Assembly (NCBI RefSeq): GCF_000143415.4
Contig: NW_003314342.1
Location: forward strand, 782,173 to 846,172
Reading direction: 5' to 3'
DNA from: Selaginella moellendorffii
Taxonomy: Eukaryota > Plantae > Lycopodiophyta
DNA length: 64,000 nucleotides
The notes under the pieces are model-generated. The model was not told where the DNA came from. It saw only the letters and a program-made list of their open reading frames with translations, and did not search any database. Each line of letters opens with the position of its first letter. Position 1 is the stretch's first letter. The position numbers and the translations under genes were made by a program. Below are positions 1-13,418 of the stretch, piece after piece.

Positions 1-380
1 ATGGTATGTGGTTTATCTAAAGGGCTATTTGCTCAATGGAAAGGACTGTATCGGGTGTTGCGGCAAGTTGGACCATAAGTTTATGAGGTTTGGCATGACG
101 TCTAGCAAGCCAATCCTTCAAAAATTGTGAATGTGCAACAGTTGAAATGCTTCATATAAAGAGATTAGAAATAACTGCTACTACCTATAGATCCACTAAT
201 GCCTCCTGTTGACGTTCTTCTAAAAGGGGATGATGTGAAGTTTAAGTGTATGGTTATGATGCCGTATACTAATATTAGCATAGTGGCATTTTAGTAGCTG
301 TCGAATTAGTTTCAATCCAGACCATTCACTCCTATATATAAGCTAAAGTTTTTGGGCTAATTGGGATAAATTAATGTTGA
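1..380 (+). mobile_element. Degenerate Ty3/gypsy 3' end (integrase C-terminus, PPT, start of ~176-bp LTR)
   Basis: Relic GLSKGLFAQWKGLYRVLRQVG; PPT AAAAGGGGGA at 221-230; LTR starting TGTGAAG at 234. Same family as 18832-19840 and 23450-24465. Confidence 0.75.
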
Positions 381-649
381 ATACCAAGGGTGTATTTTTT
401 ATTTCCTCAGTATATTTAGCGGTAAAAGGAAACTTCAAAGGCAATTATTCCCTTTTTAAAGTTTAAAGGTTAAATTAAATCTCAATGATTTAAATTATAA
501 AAATGTTAATAACTTTTGAAGGGGTTTTATGACATTCAATTATTCACTGAATTTACAATGTTTGAATTTTGGTAAAGGTTGGCAACAACCTCAAATAGAA
601 TTGGCTGAAAACTAAAAATCCCATACTAGAAGGTTTCTAGAAGGATACA

Positions 650-2100
650 TGTTTTTTGCAGCGCCCAATACCACAGGGTGGGTATTTATAATTACCTACC
701 TACTCCTCACTCCCTAGCACCTTGAAGCTCTAAAGTCCTTGGCAAGAGTTGCTCTCAATGCATCCTCAAGATATACCAGCCATGATGTCAATGTTGGATA
801 GGCTAACAAGGAATAATAGTGAACTGCTTTCATAGGCGGTTGTATGTCATACAATCAAGAGCATGTGACTTAGGCAGTGTTACAGACTTTGCAATGACAG
901 AGATGACGAGGGAGTCAATTTCAACATGAAGCTAGTGATTACCACACCAAACTTGTAACATGCTTATGGCGAGGCATGATGATAAACATGCGGATCCATG
1001 CCAAGAGGATTAAACAGTTTTTCACTTTTTGGCATATTTGACAGATCCAACTGTTCTAGACAGCAGTTAGTGTTTGAAAGCTTGTGCCATCCACCAGCTG
1101 TAATTGTCTAGTGGGCTTTCAAGCACGGACTCAAGATCCAGGCCTACCTTTGCTATGAGATCTGTCCATCAGCCTCCATTACGCTCGTACATAAGACCAA
1201 TGGAGTTGTCAATGGAGCTTAGTCTGAATGTTGTTGAGATGCCACTATGTCTTCGCATAATTGATTGTATGTTTCCATGCAAGGAGCTCCAAAGGCCATA
1301 ATTCTGATTCGAACAGGATAATTGGATATGACACATCTGCTGTGTGGAGCTCTGCGCAAATGAAGTGGTATTGGAGCTCTTCAACTTGACATCCATCATA
1401 CCCAGCTGTGACCTCTTCTGTGTACAAGGGGACAGTGAATACTTTGGCACTACAGTTTGTGGCACAATCCAACTAGAGTGCAATGTAGGCACTGCCTACA
1501 ATCACCGTTCCAGGGATTGATTTCGTGAATTATCCCGAGTATTTGTATTTGTCCACTTCTTCGACTCAGACTCCAAGGTAATAGCATGTGTTGTCCTCCA
1601 TTGGCCAGCAGATTGTGTCTCTGTTAGATTAACTTCCATACATGTGGCCTCACAGAATTCACTTGGTGCATCCAGTGTTGAGGGTGCCACACATTGTGTC
1701 ATCTACATAGCAACACATACAAACAAGAGTTGATATGACGCCAGTGTGTTTCCTAGGATCATGGCTTCTAGTGCATCAATGTATATTGCAAAGAGCTTAA
1801 GAGACAGAGGACAGCCTGCATCATCCGATATAGAGCTCAAGTACCACCCATAATGAGAGGAGTAAGCACCTGGATCTCAACGAGCTTTTGGATCTCAACG
1901 AGCTTTTGATAAGCAAGTCTCGTGGCATGTGATCAAAGCCTTGGCTAAATCCATATATCCGAGGTTGGTTACGCTTGTAACACATGCGTACAAGCAGGAC
2001 TTGGAGCATGAGTAGCTGATCCATACATGAATAGTGCTGGTGAAAGCCTGCCTGTCCATGAGCATCCAATCATGAATTTCCACTCAATCGGAGTGTTGTT
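650..2100 (-). pseudogene. Highly degenerate LINE-like reverse transcriptase remnant
   Basis: One minus frame with several stops reads YLGV*VEEVDKYKYSG ... IILFESELW, resembling the non-LTR RT C-terminal motifs 'VxxYKYLG' and 'LLYGxExW'. Boundaries approximate. Confidence 0.35.
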
Positions 2101-2654
2101 TTTCTACTATTCAGGAAAGAGCTTTGGAAAATAACCAATGTCCAATAGTTTGCCACATTGGCAGGATCCCCTGCTTTATACAAGGTGATGATTCTATTAG
2201 TTATCCAGGTCTAAAACCTTTCACTTTTGATTAGATAATGGGGGTGATAGAGGCCATCCGCCGGGGGCCCATGGCATGAAGCATCTCAACTGTAAAGCCA
2301 TGCTGGTCTAGTGCCTTCTATGTATATGAATATAGTCTGCTCAGCTTGTTAAGGGGAGATGCCAGGCAAACCATCCCACTCCACCTCTAGGCTTTGAGTA
2401 TAAGTGTGGAGATGTGCTTCCCAGTCCTCTAGCTTCGTTGTCTAGAGTCTCATGGCCACCTCTCGAAAAATTCAGTATGCTTTCAGTATTCAGTATTCAG
2501 TTCTCTCCTTTACGCTGAGAATTCGTCTTCACAGTGGCTTGCGAGCCAGGAAGAAGTACATTGGAGTGAAGATCTCCTTCTCCAAACATTTTAGAAAAAT
2601 TAAATACGCTGATATAATTTATAATTCCCTTATAGCTTTAGATTTGTTAGATTT

Positions 2655-2656
<2 letters not shown>

Positions 2657-2686
<30 letters not shown>
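2657..2686. repeat. (AT)n microsatellite
   Basis: About 14 TA dinucleotide units, directly visible. Confidence 0.9.
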
Positions 2687-2689
<3 letters not shown>

Positions 2690-2896
2690 ATTTATTTATT
2701 TAAAGATTCACATATATGTACACATATGATATTTGCTAGTCCAATTTTGAACATAGTTGTTGTATTGCCCAAAGCCTTTAAAGCAAAAACTTTACAGCTT
2801 TTTTTTTTTTTTCGATTTTGTACATAACAAAATTCACCTATATATTTATACTACATGTATTTAAACTCATCTATAATATCAATCTAGTTATTAAGG

Positions 2897-3193
2897 ATGA
2901 ATAATTTTACTAATTTTCTTTATATTGTTTTTCTTAGCTATTTATGCATTGTCGAAGCTAAAAAATGTGGGCAATCTTGCAAGACCCATGACGATTGTAA
3001 CAGAAGGATTGCATGTATGAACCATATATGTGATGATGATCCAGATTTACACACTCATATTTGTGGTGGTACACGAAAAAATGGACCACCTAGCACAGAA
3101 AGCCCAAATGTGCCAGAATTTTTTCCAGAATTTCCCCCTACGCATCCTCCTCCCCCTCCATCTTATAAAATGTATCCTCCACCTTCACCCTAG
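2897..3193 (+). CDS. Small secreted Cys-rich protein: kiwellin N-terminal (kissper-like) domain plus Pro-rich tail, 98 aa
   Basis: Signal peptide ending VEA|KK. CGQSCKTHDDCNRRIACMNHICDDDPDLHTHICG has the same 6-Cys spacing and DDPxxxTHIC motif as kissper. PPTHPPPPPSYKMYPPPSP tail. TATA-like elements upstream (2838, 2872), AATAAA downstream. Confidence 0.75.
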   Translation: MNNFTNFLYIVFLSYLCIVEAKKCGQSCKTHDDCNRRIACMNHICDDDPDLHTHICGGTRKNGPPSTESPNVPEFFPEFPPTHPPPPPSYKMYPPPSP

Positions 3194-3693
3194 ATGAGTG
3201 AATTTCTTTTTAATAAGCTATAAATCTAATAAATAAATAAACTGTGTAATTTATATTTACCTTAAGAATAAATTGAAAATAAATAGGCAAGAAAATCAAG
3301 AATTTACACTGAATAATTTTGTATTAATCATTAGAAATTAAAGCAGATGGAGATATCCTAACTCCAAATCAGATGGGTTCTAATAACCTTTAAAAACAGT
3401 TATCTCAATTGATCTATTAGGACTTTAAACAAATTTTTTATTTAAACAGGATTTTCTATTGTTGTACCACCTTGCGCATGAACTGACGATGTCCTGGTTT
3501 CCAAGAGATAACGATAACAAGCGAGAGGGCTCTACAGTTGATTGAGGGGAAATCGTACTTATTCCTTGACGGAGAAAAGAGCTACTAAAAGCTACGATTG
3601 TGCTTATACACACACAAGAGAGAGTTCCACCAAGTAAATCCACCCTCACCTCACGATCTTTGGAAGAAACCTTGGGTCTCAACTTTTTCTTTC

Positions 3694-5002
3694 TTAGTGG
3701 AAAGGAATGGCACGAATGACGAACTGGTGGTAGAAGGCTGCAAGGGCTGCTCCAATCAGAGGACCGACCCAGAAGATCCACTGCTTACACACAGACGATG
3801 CACCAACAAGTTAGAACTTAAAAGAAGAGCGAAAAATTCAAAGAGTAAAGTGATCTTACATGATCATCCCAGGCCTGGTCGCCATTGTAGATGACAGCCG
3901 AGCCGAGACTTCGCGCTGGGTTGATGCCCGTGCCAGTGATGGGGATCGTGGCAAGGTGGACGAGGAACACCGCAAACCCGATTGGAAGTGGAGCCAAAAG
4001 CTGTAGAAATCGCCAAAGTTTGTGAGCTTGGAACATATCTTAAATCTATCCATGAGGAGGAGAAGAGATAAGGAGAAGATAAGAGGAAGTACAGCAAGAA
4101 AAACTAGGAAAACCACACAAGAAGATAAGAAGAAGAAAAGTAAAACTTCATGAGAGGGGGGAATCAACCAAAGCTTTGGATGGAAGGAGAAACGTACCGG
4201 GACATGGGAGTCTCTGGCACTTCTCTTGGCATCAGTGGCGGAGAAGACGGTGTAGACGAGAACGAAGGTACCAACAATCTCAGCTCCAAGACCATCTCCA
4301 ATGGTGTAGCCGTGGTGGACATAGTTGGCTCCTCCTCCCGCGGCGTTAAACTTTGCCTTCTGGAAGCCTTTGACGACTCCAGCCCCGCAAATCGCCCCCA
4401 GGCACTGCGCAACCATGTAGAGCAGCGTTCGAGGCAGCGACACCTTCCGAGCCAGGAAGAGGCCGAAAGTCACCGCGGGATTGATGTGTCCACCTGAGAA
4501 AAACAAAACATGTCAAGCTTTTAGCTATGGTTTCCAGTCTCGCACGAAAACTTTCGCTGGAACACTAGAACTCGCGAAACTTTAGCTAGAACAGCACCAA
4601 AGTTTCGGGACAACACCACACCCGAGGTAAAGTTTCGCAAGAACACTTTAGCTCGAACACCAAAAAACTCATCTTGGTACCTGAGATTCCGGCAGTGCAG
4701 TAGACGAGAGCAAAGATCATGCCTCCAAAAGCCCACGCGATGCCCTGGATGCCCACTCCAAGGCAGCTGGTGCGATCGACATTTCCCACAACCGTGAGAA
4801 TAGTGATGTAGAGAAAGAGGAAAGTGGCGAAGAACTCGGCTATGCCGGCGCGCCAGAAGGACCACGAGGAGAACTCGGACGGCTCGATGAGGCGCGTCGG
4901 GGGCGGCTCCACATAATCCTTCTCGGCCTGCGCCGAGGTTCCCAGCTCGCGCTCGGGGTACTTGGCCACACCAACATGGACGTCTTCCCTGTTACCCTCC
5001 AT
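3694..5002 (-). CDS. PIP1: Plasma membrane intrinsic protein (PIP1-type aquaporin), 281 aa, 4 exons
   Basis: Exons 5002-4681, 4493-4198, 4000-3860, 3780-3694 with GT-AG introns; 296- and 141-nt middle exons typical of PIPs. Two NPA motifs ([15 protein letters not shown]). N-terminus [26 protein letters not shown]-terminus VIRAIPFH. Confidence 0.96.
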
Positions 5003-5896
5003 AGACGATGATCGATCCACCCAAGAGCTCTGGAGCAAGGAGAAAGAACTCTCGGACAAGCAAGAACTTCGAAGAGCTCCTCAAGACACCCGAGAGCTTA
5101 GAAGCGTCTGGAGAAAAGAAGAGAGATAAGGAAAGATACTGGTCGTAATCCTACTTACGCAAAGCAAAGCAAAGCGTCTTTCTTTTAACGTAGAGGGAGA
5201 GGTCCCACTGTCCTATAGTGTTTCTTCCACAGTGTCTACTCCTCCATAGCCAAAAGCTCTCTTTTCTTTCTCTTTGCTTGGATGATCGTCTTGATGATAG
5301 CTCTCGCTACTTTTTCTTCTAGAGGACCACTAACTTTGCTTGGTACCACTAGAACTGGCCGAAAGGGAAATCTTATATACAAACCCAAAGTGGGGGGACC
5401 AAGGAAGGCCAAGCACACCGTCTTTCTACTGTTTTTAGCTTGTTCTCTAGCGCGCGAAGAGAAAAAGAAAAAGGAAGAGAGGAAGCCACTACAGTGCTGG
5501 GTTTGGATCTATCCCTTTAGCCCTCTCGCCAGTAGCTCTGTAGAAGCCCAGAGCCATCAAAATCTCGCAATGGTCCACTCTCGCCGCCCCTCTCCTCCCA
5601 TTCGTTAGACGGCCGTCTTTGTGTTTGGCATTTTAGCGTGATTACGCCCAAAAGCTTTAAATTCGAATCATAGAAACGAATATTCCACCACCCATCTCGA
5701 CCGTTGCTGGCTAACGGCCCGCATTTCTCGACAAGATGGGTTCCAGCTGGCCCGCCACCGGCCGTACGATCACTCCCAAAATTTCCTGGGGGCGTCGCGT
5801 CATGAGAGGGAAATAAAATAAAAAAGTCACCGGGCCCCGCCACATGTCGCCATCGTGGCCCACTCGTACGTATATATCCGTTCAGCAAAATTGCAG

Positions 5897-5904
5897 CACG
5901 TGGC
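5897..5904. promoter_or_regulatory. ABRE/G-box (CACGTGGC) upstream of PIP1
   Basis: Exact CACGTGGC about 0.9 kb upstream of the PIP1 ATG; candidate TATA box (TATATAAG, minus strand) at 5372-5379. Function untested. Confidence 0.35.
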
Positions 5905-6087
5905 ACAGCTGTGGCGCTCGCACCGTCCAACCAATGGCGAGCCTCCAGCGCTGCGAATATCCTATCCCACGGGCCTGGAAGATGCCAACCGCTGTTCAGC
6001 TGACCTCCTACTGTTATATATGTACAGTCTTGTCTTCTTCTTCTGTACACGCGCGGCGAGCGAGCAATGCGAATAATCCCAGCTTCG

Positions 6088-9000
6088 TCAGTTCTTCTCT
6101 CTCGGCTTCTTTGGCAAATCCGGTGGCCTCTTTGGAGGAGCGACGCTTCTGCTGGCCTGTCGAGATGATAGATCTGCGAGCTTAGAATCAGCGATGGATG
6201 GATCGCAAAAGAAAAAGAACAAGAAGCCATAGAAAACGAAGCGAACCTGGTCTCTTGGAGTCGAACAACGAGCCTGACAAGAGCGCAAGAACTTCTTCTC
6301 TGCCCTTCCTCTTGGTCTCATTCGCGTCGATGTGTTTCTTAGCTGGAGCCGATTGCTGCTGCTTTGATGAAGGAACGGGAGGCCTCTTGTCTTCGACTTT
6401 TTTCTGCCTCTGATCTTCAACACTTTGCCTGTCGCGATTCTGTTCACACCTTTCAGGCCGAGTTTCCAAAACCGTGCTATCTACGGCTCGCCGGTCATCT
6501 CTCTGTCTGTTATCCTGCAAAACTTTGGCACCCCCCTCCGACTGGTTAGCCGACAGCCGTCTACTGGTACTTCCATACTCTCGATTGTCCAAACTTGCAG
6601 AAGCTCTTGCTTTCTTGTGGAGTTCCTGCTTGCAAGTGTCTGGAGCTTCGTCCAAAATCTTGATACCTCTCGGAGGTTTCGCCACTTCTTCACCTCTCTT
6701 CTGTTTCTTCTTGTCCCTGAAGCTTCCAGCTTGCTCTCCTGGTCTTTTCCTAGGGGACGTACCACCACCACCTTGCACCATCGGGTCCACGTCTCTGGTA
6801 ACATTCTGGTCGCCCCGACTGTTAAATGCTTTGCTGTATGGCTTTTGTATTGGGTACACCGCCCCCCTTGACGTAGCATCTTCGAGTAGAGCAGCCCAAG
6901 CCCGATTGCTTCGAAGGGCCCTGGCACTACCGATTATCCACAAGGAGAACCTCGGACGAGTTAGCGCCACGTTCATCCGCCGGATATCCGCTACAAAGCC
7001 GATGCCTTTTGGTTCCAAAGAGGCCCGCACGGTAGAGAGAATGAGAATATCCACCTCCCGACCTTGAAAGCCATCGATGGTGTTGAACTCCAAAATCGAT
7101 GAAATTTTCTCGCCGAAACGTTGGAAAGCCCGCTTCAGCATATTGAGCTGCTGCTTATAAGGAGTAATCACTCCTATGCGTCCAGGTTGGATCTCTTGAG
7201 GATACCTGCAGATCTCACTCATTATTTCTATCCATGCATGATACCACAAACGCAAATATACTTCGCTTGGAACCGTTCATAAAGCTTGACCGCGACGTCA
7301 ACTTCGTCCACGTTTCCAACTGATGACCCGCCAGCCCTCTCCTGTCCATCGATGACGTCGAAGAAGGTGTATGGTCGAAAAAACCTGTGATAGGAAAACT
7401 TCAAGATGTGAAGAAGTTTAAATGTTTATCACCTATCCTTGTGAAAGCTTGAACGTCTCTTGTCCCCCAAAACGCTCGCTCCATCGACGAGCTGATTGTT
7501 ATAAAAATACGAAGATGGAAACTTTCGAATGTCCGGATGCATTCGGTACTGTAAAGCATCCCAAATTTAAGAAAATGTTGCAACGAAACATACCATGCCG
7601 AATTTTACCTGTGTACTAAGCATCGTCACCGGATAGCCGTTCTTCTGGAAGCGTTCAAACATGCTGCGCTCGTAGCATACGCTGCTTGCCGCTTGTGATA
7701 AGACTGTTGCTGGAAGCTGCTTGGGATCTCCTACCTGATCATAAAACAAAAAAACTTGTTATTACAGGCAAGCAATGACAAAAACCAGTACCAGGACACA
7801 TCTTCCGTGATTGCCTCCCAGAAACTGTAAGGGAATCAAACTTGCTGGTTCCAGCGCCTGTGTAAGAACAGAAAACACTTAGAGAACCCTGTCTGACTGC
7901 TTACTTTACCTGTCCAGCTTCGTCAATCACAACAGCATCGAAAAAGAGTTCAGTATCTTTTTCCGAGGTATCCATGCACGCAGCATATACATCTCCTCCA
8001 CAGCCACCCAGTGTCGTCAACACAATGTCGGCGTCCCGGATGTTCTGGTTTTTCAGCTTTCTTCTCCTCTCCTTGCTGATCTCGAAAGTCTTTCTGGATT
8101 TACGAATATCCAGATTAAGATCGTTCTTCTGCTGCTCCAACTGCGTCAGCTTTGCCATCAGCGAGTCGTCATGAACACCTTCAGACTTCCGACGAAGAAT
8201 CTCATTTATCTTTTCTGTGACCTGTTCCAGCTTGGAAACCAGTTCCTGAGCAGAATCCTCCTGGCTAGTGTCGGCGTCCTCTTTGATGAGCGTGTCGATA
8301 AAAACCGGCACTGAATCAGGATGCACCAGTCTTGCATTCCCAGTACGCACAAGTTTGGGCCTGTAAAGCTGGCCTGTTGAACTGTATATCTCACGAAGGC
8401 GACCAACTAGCTCGTCGACAGCTGCATTTGACTGTGCACAAACAAGAACCCTGGCCTTTGCCTTCGTCGGGGCAAGTTGATCACGTTCAATCTGCTTTGC
8501 ATAAGCCATCGCTTGCCAGGAGCTAGCAACCGCTGCATGGTGGCTAAGTCTCTGATTTCCAGAAGTACGGCAAACGTCCTCGTTGCTTTCACGACTATGT
8601 AATAGTGCGCTGACAATAGCAACTATAGTTCGGGTCTTTCCTGTACCTGCAAACACACATACGTTACACACAACCAAAAGAAAAACAAAGCTTTACTCAC
8701 CTGGTGGCCCCTGAATTAGAGAGATTTCGTGCTGATCTTTCCGGCTATCTCCTAAGCTGGCTTTTATAGCTGATAATTGACTCTCGTTGTAATCTTCTTT
8801 GAGCTTTCGCCACAGTTTCTCCGGTAGCGGAACAGGTCTACCTGAATGCTGATCAGACGCGGCGGGTGACAGTATAGATTCCAATAATGGCGAAGATGAC
8901 AGTGCAGAGACGGCCTGAAATTCCCGAACTTGCGGCGTGATGTTCATGAGCCGAGTTATGTGCCATGTACTGCGAATGTGAAGCACGCTCTTTAACTTAA

Positions 9001-12000
9001 AAAGCTTCTCGTTGTTTGGAGGCAAGAAGAGCTTCGCACTGAAAACATCTTTATCTCGACGATCCACCTGTGTTTGCCGAAAGTGAGAAAAACAATGCAA
9101 AAGAGAACACGAAAGTACCTTTCCCAGTAGATGCACGCTTCCTGGGCATTCTAGAAAAGGCTTCTTGCTTATAAGCAGCAAATCGTTCTCAGTGCAAGCT
9201 GAAGATGCACCGACTTTTCCAGCTTCTGACTTAAACCGTGCCACGTGAAGGTTGTCAACACGTTCCAAGCTCATAAGATGAACCATCCCCACTTTCTCTG
9301 TATCATCTGCGTTGAACTCGTCGCGAGCACGATGAAGTTGTGCTCGAAACTCCTCTATGAGTAGCGGCCGAAAGACTTCCATGTACTGCTCAGCGTTTCT
9401 AAAACTCAGGGGAACCTTCACCAGGTCAGGCGGGTCTTCGTTGTCAGCGAACAGGTCCAGACTTAAGATCCGCATAAGCCACTCGTCCATCTTCGGTGGC
9501 GGAGGTTTTCCTGGACGACGTTTGTTTCTTGCCAAAATTGAAGGTTTCAGCTGTGCATCGGGTACAGGCATGTCGATCTTCATCAGCTTCCGTCTCTCTT
9601 TTGGTGCTGTTGACATTAAAGGTGCACGCTGCTTCTTGGAAACCTCATCCTCACTAACGAGATCATTGAGAAGTTTGCTCATGTCGTCAGCATTTTTCGC
9701 TTCAGCTGGTAACACCGGTTCAATCGGCCTTTGCTGCTTCCGCTCAGCAGGGCTAACTTGGTGCACCTGTTGTATAGCCTTAGCTTGCTTCTCCATCTCG
9801 ACGGGCTTGGTTGGTGGTTCCATAGTCGTAAGGTGCTGCTCAGACATACGCAAGGACAAAGATAGATCATGCTGGCGCAAACGGCTGAACTTTACCTGCG
9901 GTTGCGAAGCGAGCTTGTTCAAGTTTTTGCCCAAAAGGTTCCGGATATCCATCTCTCCGTGACTTTGACGAGGCTCATACTGCTTTTGTTTGTTTAAGTC
10001 CTCTCTTCTATGCAGAGTTTGGCTTGCCACCTTTCGTACCGCAGGCCTTTTATGTTGACGTCCTGAAGGCCCTGGTTCAGCTTGGACATCGGGCCCCTTC
10101 TTAGAAACAAGCGGCTTTGCCTCCTCATCGCTACTGAGAAGTACAACTTCCGCCCCTGCCTTCGTATCGGACTTCAGATTTTCGAGTTCATGCGCATTGG
10201 ATGAAAACAATAAGAGTAGCCTCTCCCTCTCCTCGTTCTCTAGCACAGAGCCTGGAAACGAAGAAAAATGTCAGAATGTTGGATAGCTTGAGTACAGAAA
10301 AATAAAACCTGGTTGTAGTAACTCTTTAATTTCTTTACTCTGAGATACTCCCCCACGAGCTAGATCTTCTAGTATAGATACAAGTGCCTCGATATAACGC
10401 CTGCGAATGCTGGGAAAAGGTGTGCTGCTCCATGCAAGAAGACTTCGGAACCAGGAAGGACTGTCCATATTAGAGCTTACATTCCACAGCTTCAGTTCAG
10501 CCGACGGTATCGTGTACTTGAAAACTAGTGGAAGCAGATCGAATAAACGAGAGCAACTTGCCTAAGAAAACACATGAACAATATATGTTGTGAAAAGGCC
10601 GGATTACCTCGTATCCAGTGACTGGGAGACATTGTTGTCCGTGAATGATGGCGTTTACTAGTGATGGCCACAGCAAAGCAGAGAGCTTCCGAGAAAATAC
10701 TTGCGAGCCAAAACTAAGAAACCTTGTCCCAAGAAAATAAACGTGTTGTCGCGACGAACAATGTCCATAAGGCTCAACGCTTAACTGCAAAAATTGATCA
10801 GGACTCGTGACAAAATCTTACGGAATAAACTTACAAACTTGACAGCATGACTGAATCCGCGAATAATGTAGTCTAGCGCTTCCTCACTTTTGCAAAAGAA
10901 ATGAATCACAGAATCAAGGCCGTTATCCTTGGACAACTGTTGAAGTATATCTTTGGCCACCATACGCAAATCCTAAAGAGATTAATGAGAAGAAACTCAG
11001 ACAGGCAACTAGATCTTACCACAGATGAGTTCATTAGCAGCAAAATAAAGCACTCGGCCATCGTCGGCTCCCATTGCCAGTCAACGAAAATTCCATCAGC
11101 CCGGAATTTATGTCCAAACGAATCTGTGCATCTACAGACAAATATCAAAAAATTAAAAAGCGTGACAAATTGAGCCTAAATACCTTTTGAAGACATTGCT
11201 CAACATCCGGAAATTACTGCTAGCTTTCATGGCATTAAGACATCCTTTACCATCGCTCCCATCATCACACCCCGTCGGAATTTGCCAGTGCAGTGAAGCA
11301 GAGAAAGCTGCAGAACCTGTTGTAGCCGCCACACTGACTTCAAAAATGGATAAACGTGAAGCTGCCCAGAGAAAAGCCTTCAAGAGCGAAGATGAAAAAA
11401 CGGAAGGCGCTGTAGTTTCCAACGCTCCAATCCATACAAGAGGGACGCAGTACCAGTTATCACTTTCTGATTCAACTTGTTGAATGAAGCTCTGCCACGA
11501 AAATCCTTCCGCGCCCGCGTCTTCTTCTTTCGACGGCCGTACTTTGCAATACAAAGCGGATAAGGCAGCAGCATCCGCAACGAGTAAAATACCGGTAAGG
11601 TTTAGAGCAGATTGACGATATTGCAGAGGTAGCTCAGTGTCCTTAATAGATGCTAGTAACGAAGGACCCCTGCGACGAAGGGACGAAGGTCAAAACGAAG
11701 AAATCGAAAGAAAAAAAAAAGGTACCAGAAATGTGCACAATCAAACGGAGGCAAAGGTGGCTCCATCTTGTAACTCCGTGCCACAATATCGAATGCAACC
11801 TGTCATTACTTGAGAATGATAAAGTAAGAAAACACGTCGATTTTCGAACCTTTGAGCTAAGTTTCTTGGTCAACGGGCTAAAGTTGCTGCTAAATGGCAC
11901 TTGTTGAAGAAGAAAATAGAGAAGATACCGCCGTTGCCTTTCATACTGTCCGTCTTGAAGGGCCTCTAAAGACTGAATTTCCCTTGCTATTAAAAAGGTT

Positions 12001-13388
12001 GGGGGATTTAGAAAGGCAACAGTACCTGTAGGAAGAACTCAAAAATATCAAAAACTTCCTTGTGGATTTTTTCATCTTTAACATGAAAGCACTGGCTGAG
12101 AAGAGTGTTCCGCAATACGGAAGGAGTAAAAGAGCTTTTTAGCCACAGTTTCAATCCTGGACACAGAGGTTATCACAAGAACAAAACCACAGAATGTTTG
12201 TACCGAGAACTTTCAGGAGTGTTTTAAGGCAGCAGAGGGCGTTCCAGAAAACGGTGCTGCCACTTTCACTCACGTAGTTGAGAACGACACCGAGGAATAA
12301 TGGATAACGTTCCATGATACCGTCTTCAATCGCGGGTGCTTCGAGGCGATGCAATCTATCTTGACAGAGAGAAATGAATGAAACAGTTAACAATGATCAT
12401 GAGACAAAGTTCAACTTACATGCTCTTTAGCCCCTGCCACAGAGACTCAAAGGTCACTCCCACGATGGCATTTACAGGTGATGGTGATTCCAGAAACTTC
12501 ATACGTTTTTCGAGGAGTGGCTGAACAACTTCCAGTTCTTCGGCGTTTTTGAAGGGTTCCAGTGTCGTCGCAAGGTTATAGGCGACTCCTCGTACCACTT
12601 GGCTGCTGTGAAATAGTAGCGCACACAAGCCCTGAGAAGAGCGTAAGTTGAAAGAACTAGAAAAAAACACAGTGCCGGATACTCTCACATACCGGATACT
12701 TTCTGTCCGTGGCGAATTGGAGCTCGTGAGTGTCGGAGACGTAGCGCATGAACTGGACAAGACCTTCGTTCAGGTCGGAGTCATCGAGAAGCTCAGGATA
12801 CATAAAAAGCTGCAAAAGAAAGAGTAAGAAAAGAAGAACAGGGACAAAGAATGAAAAGTTCACCTCGTAGAGGAGACATGAAACGCTTCGTTCATCACCG
12901 GTCTTAACAGAGCTTTGCATGGACGATATCACTCTCTGCTTGTCAAGTGTCAGCAACACGGCAAGGATCGGCTTGACGACGGCGTCCATGTACTCATTCC
13001 GATAGTGTTCTTTCACCTGGTAGTACTGGACGACGCAGCTCGTGCAAACACTGAGCTCGGAAGAAAGCCTCTTCCAGAGCACTTTGATCGAGAGATTTTC
13101 ATCCGCGCTCTTGAAATATGCGTGAAACGTCTCGAGCAGCGGCATCGCGACGTCCCGGTGATGGCACCAGCAATGACGATCCGCCGGGAGCTTCTTGAGG
13201 AACTCAAACGCATCGGCGAACCTGAGGCGATTTCAATGGGGGAGTGAAAGGGGCCGCATTCTTCGACAAAATCACACGCCCTACCAGGATTCCTTGAGGC
13301 GCCGGTACCGATCGTCATCCTCCTCCTCCTCGATCGTCTTCCAGCGCTTTAGCAGCTCGGCCTCCCGCGCTCCATCCCCTCCTCTCAT
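6088..13388 (-). CDS. SEN1/senataxin-like superfamily 1 RNA/DNA helicase (plant At1g16800-like), multi-exon
   Basis: ATG at 13388 (MRGGDGAREAELLKRWKTIEEEEDDD). N-terminal FADAF...PLLETFHAYFK block. Helicase motifs LIQGPPG|TGKT, VCAQSNAAVDEL, VVIDEAGQ, VGDPKQLPATV, TIDGFQGREVDILILSTVR, RRMNVALTR. Stop is 6188 if unspliced, or 6088 via a final short intron. Confidence 0.92.
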
Positions 13389-13410
13389 AGGACGGATTAC
13401 TCGAGCCCTA

Positions 13411-13418
13411 AAACCCTA
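13411..13418. promoter_or_regulatory. Telo-box (AAACCCTA) just upstream of the helicase ATG
   Basis: AAACCCTA within the 80-bp intergenic gap; a known plant 5'-region element. Confidence 0.45.

Noticed and set aside
5517-6230. 237-aa minus-strand ORF between the helicase and PIP1
   Set aside because: No recognisable domain; spans GC-rich promoter/3'UTR sequence and overlaps the helicase end.
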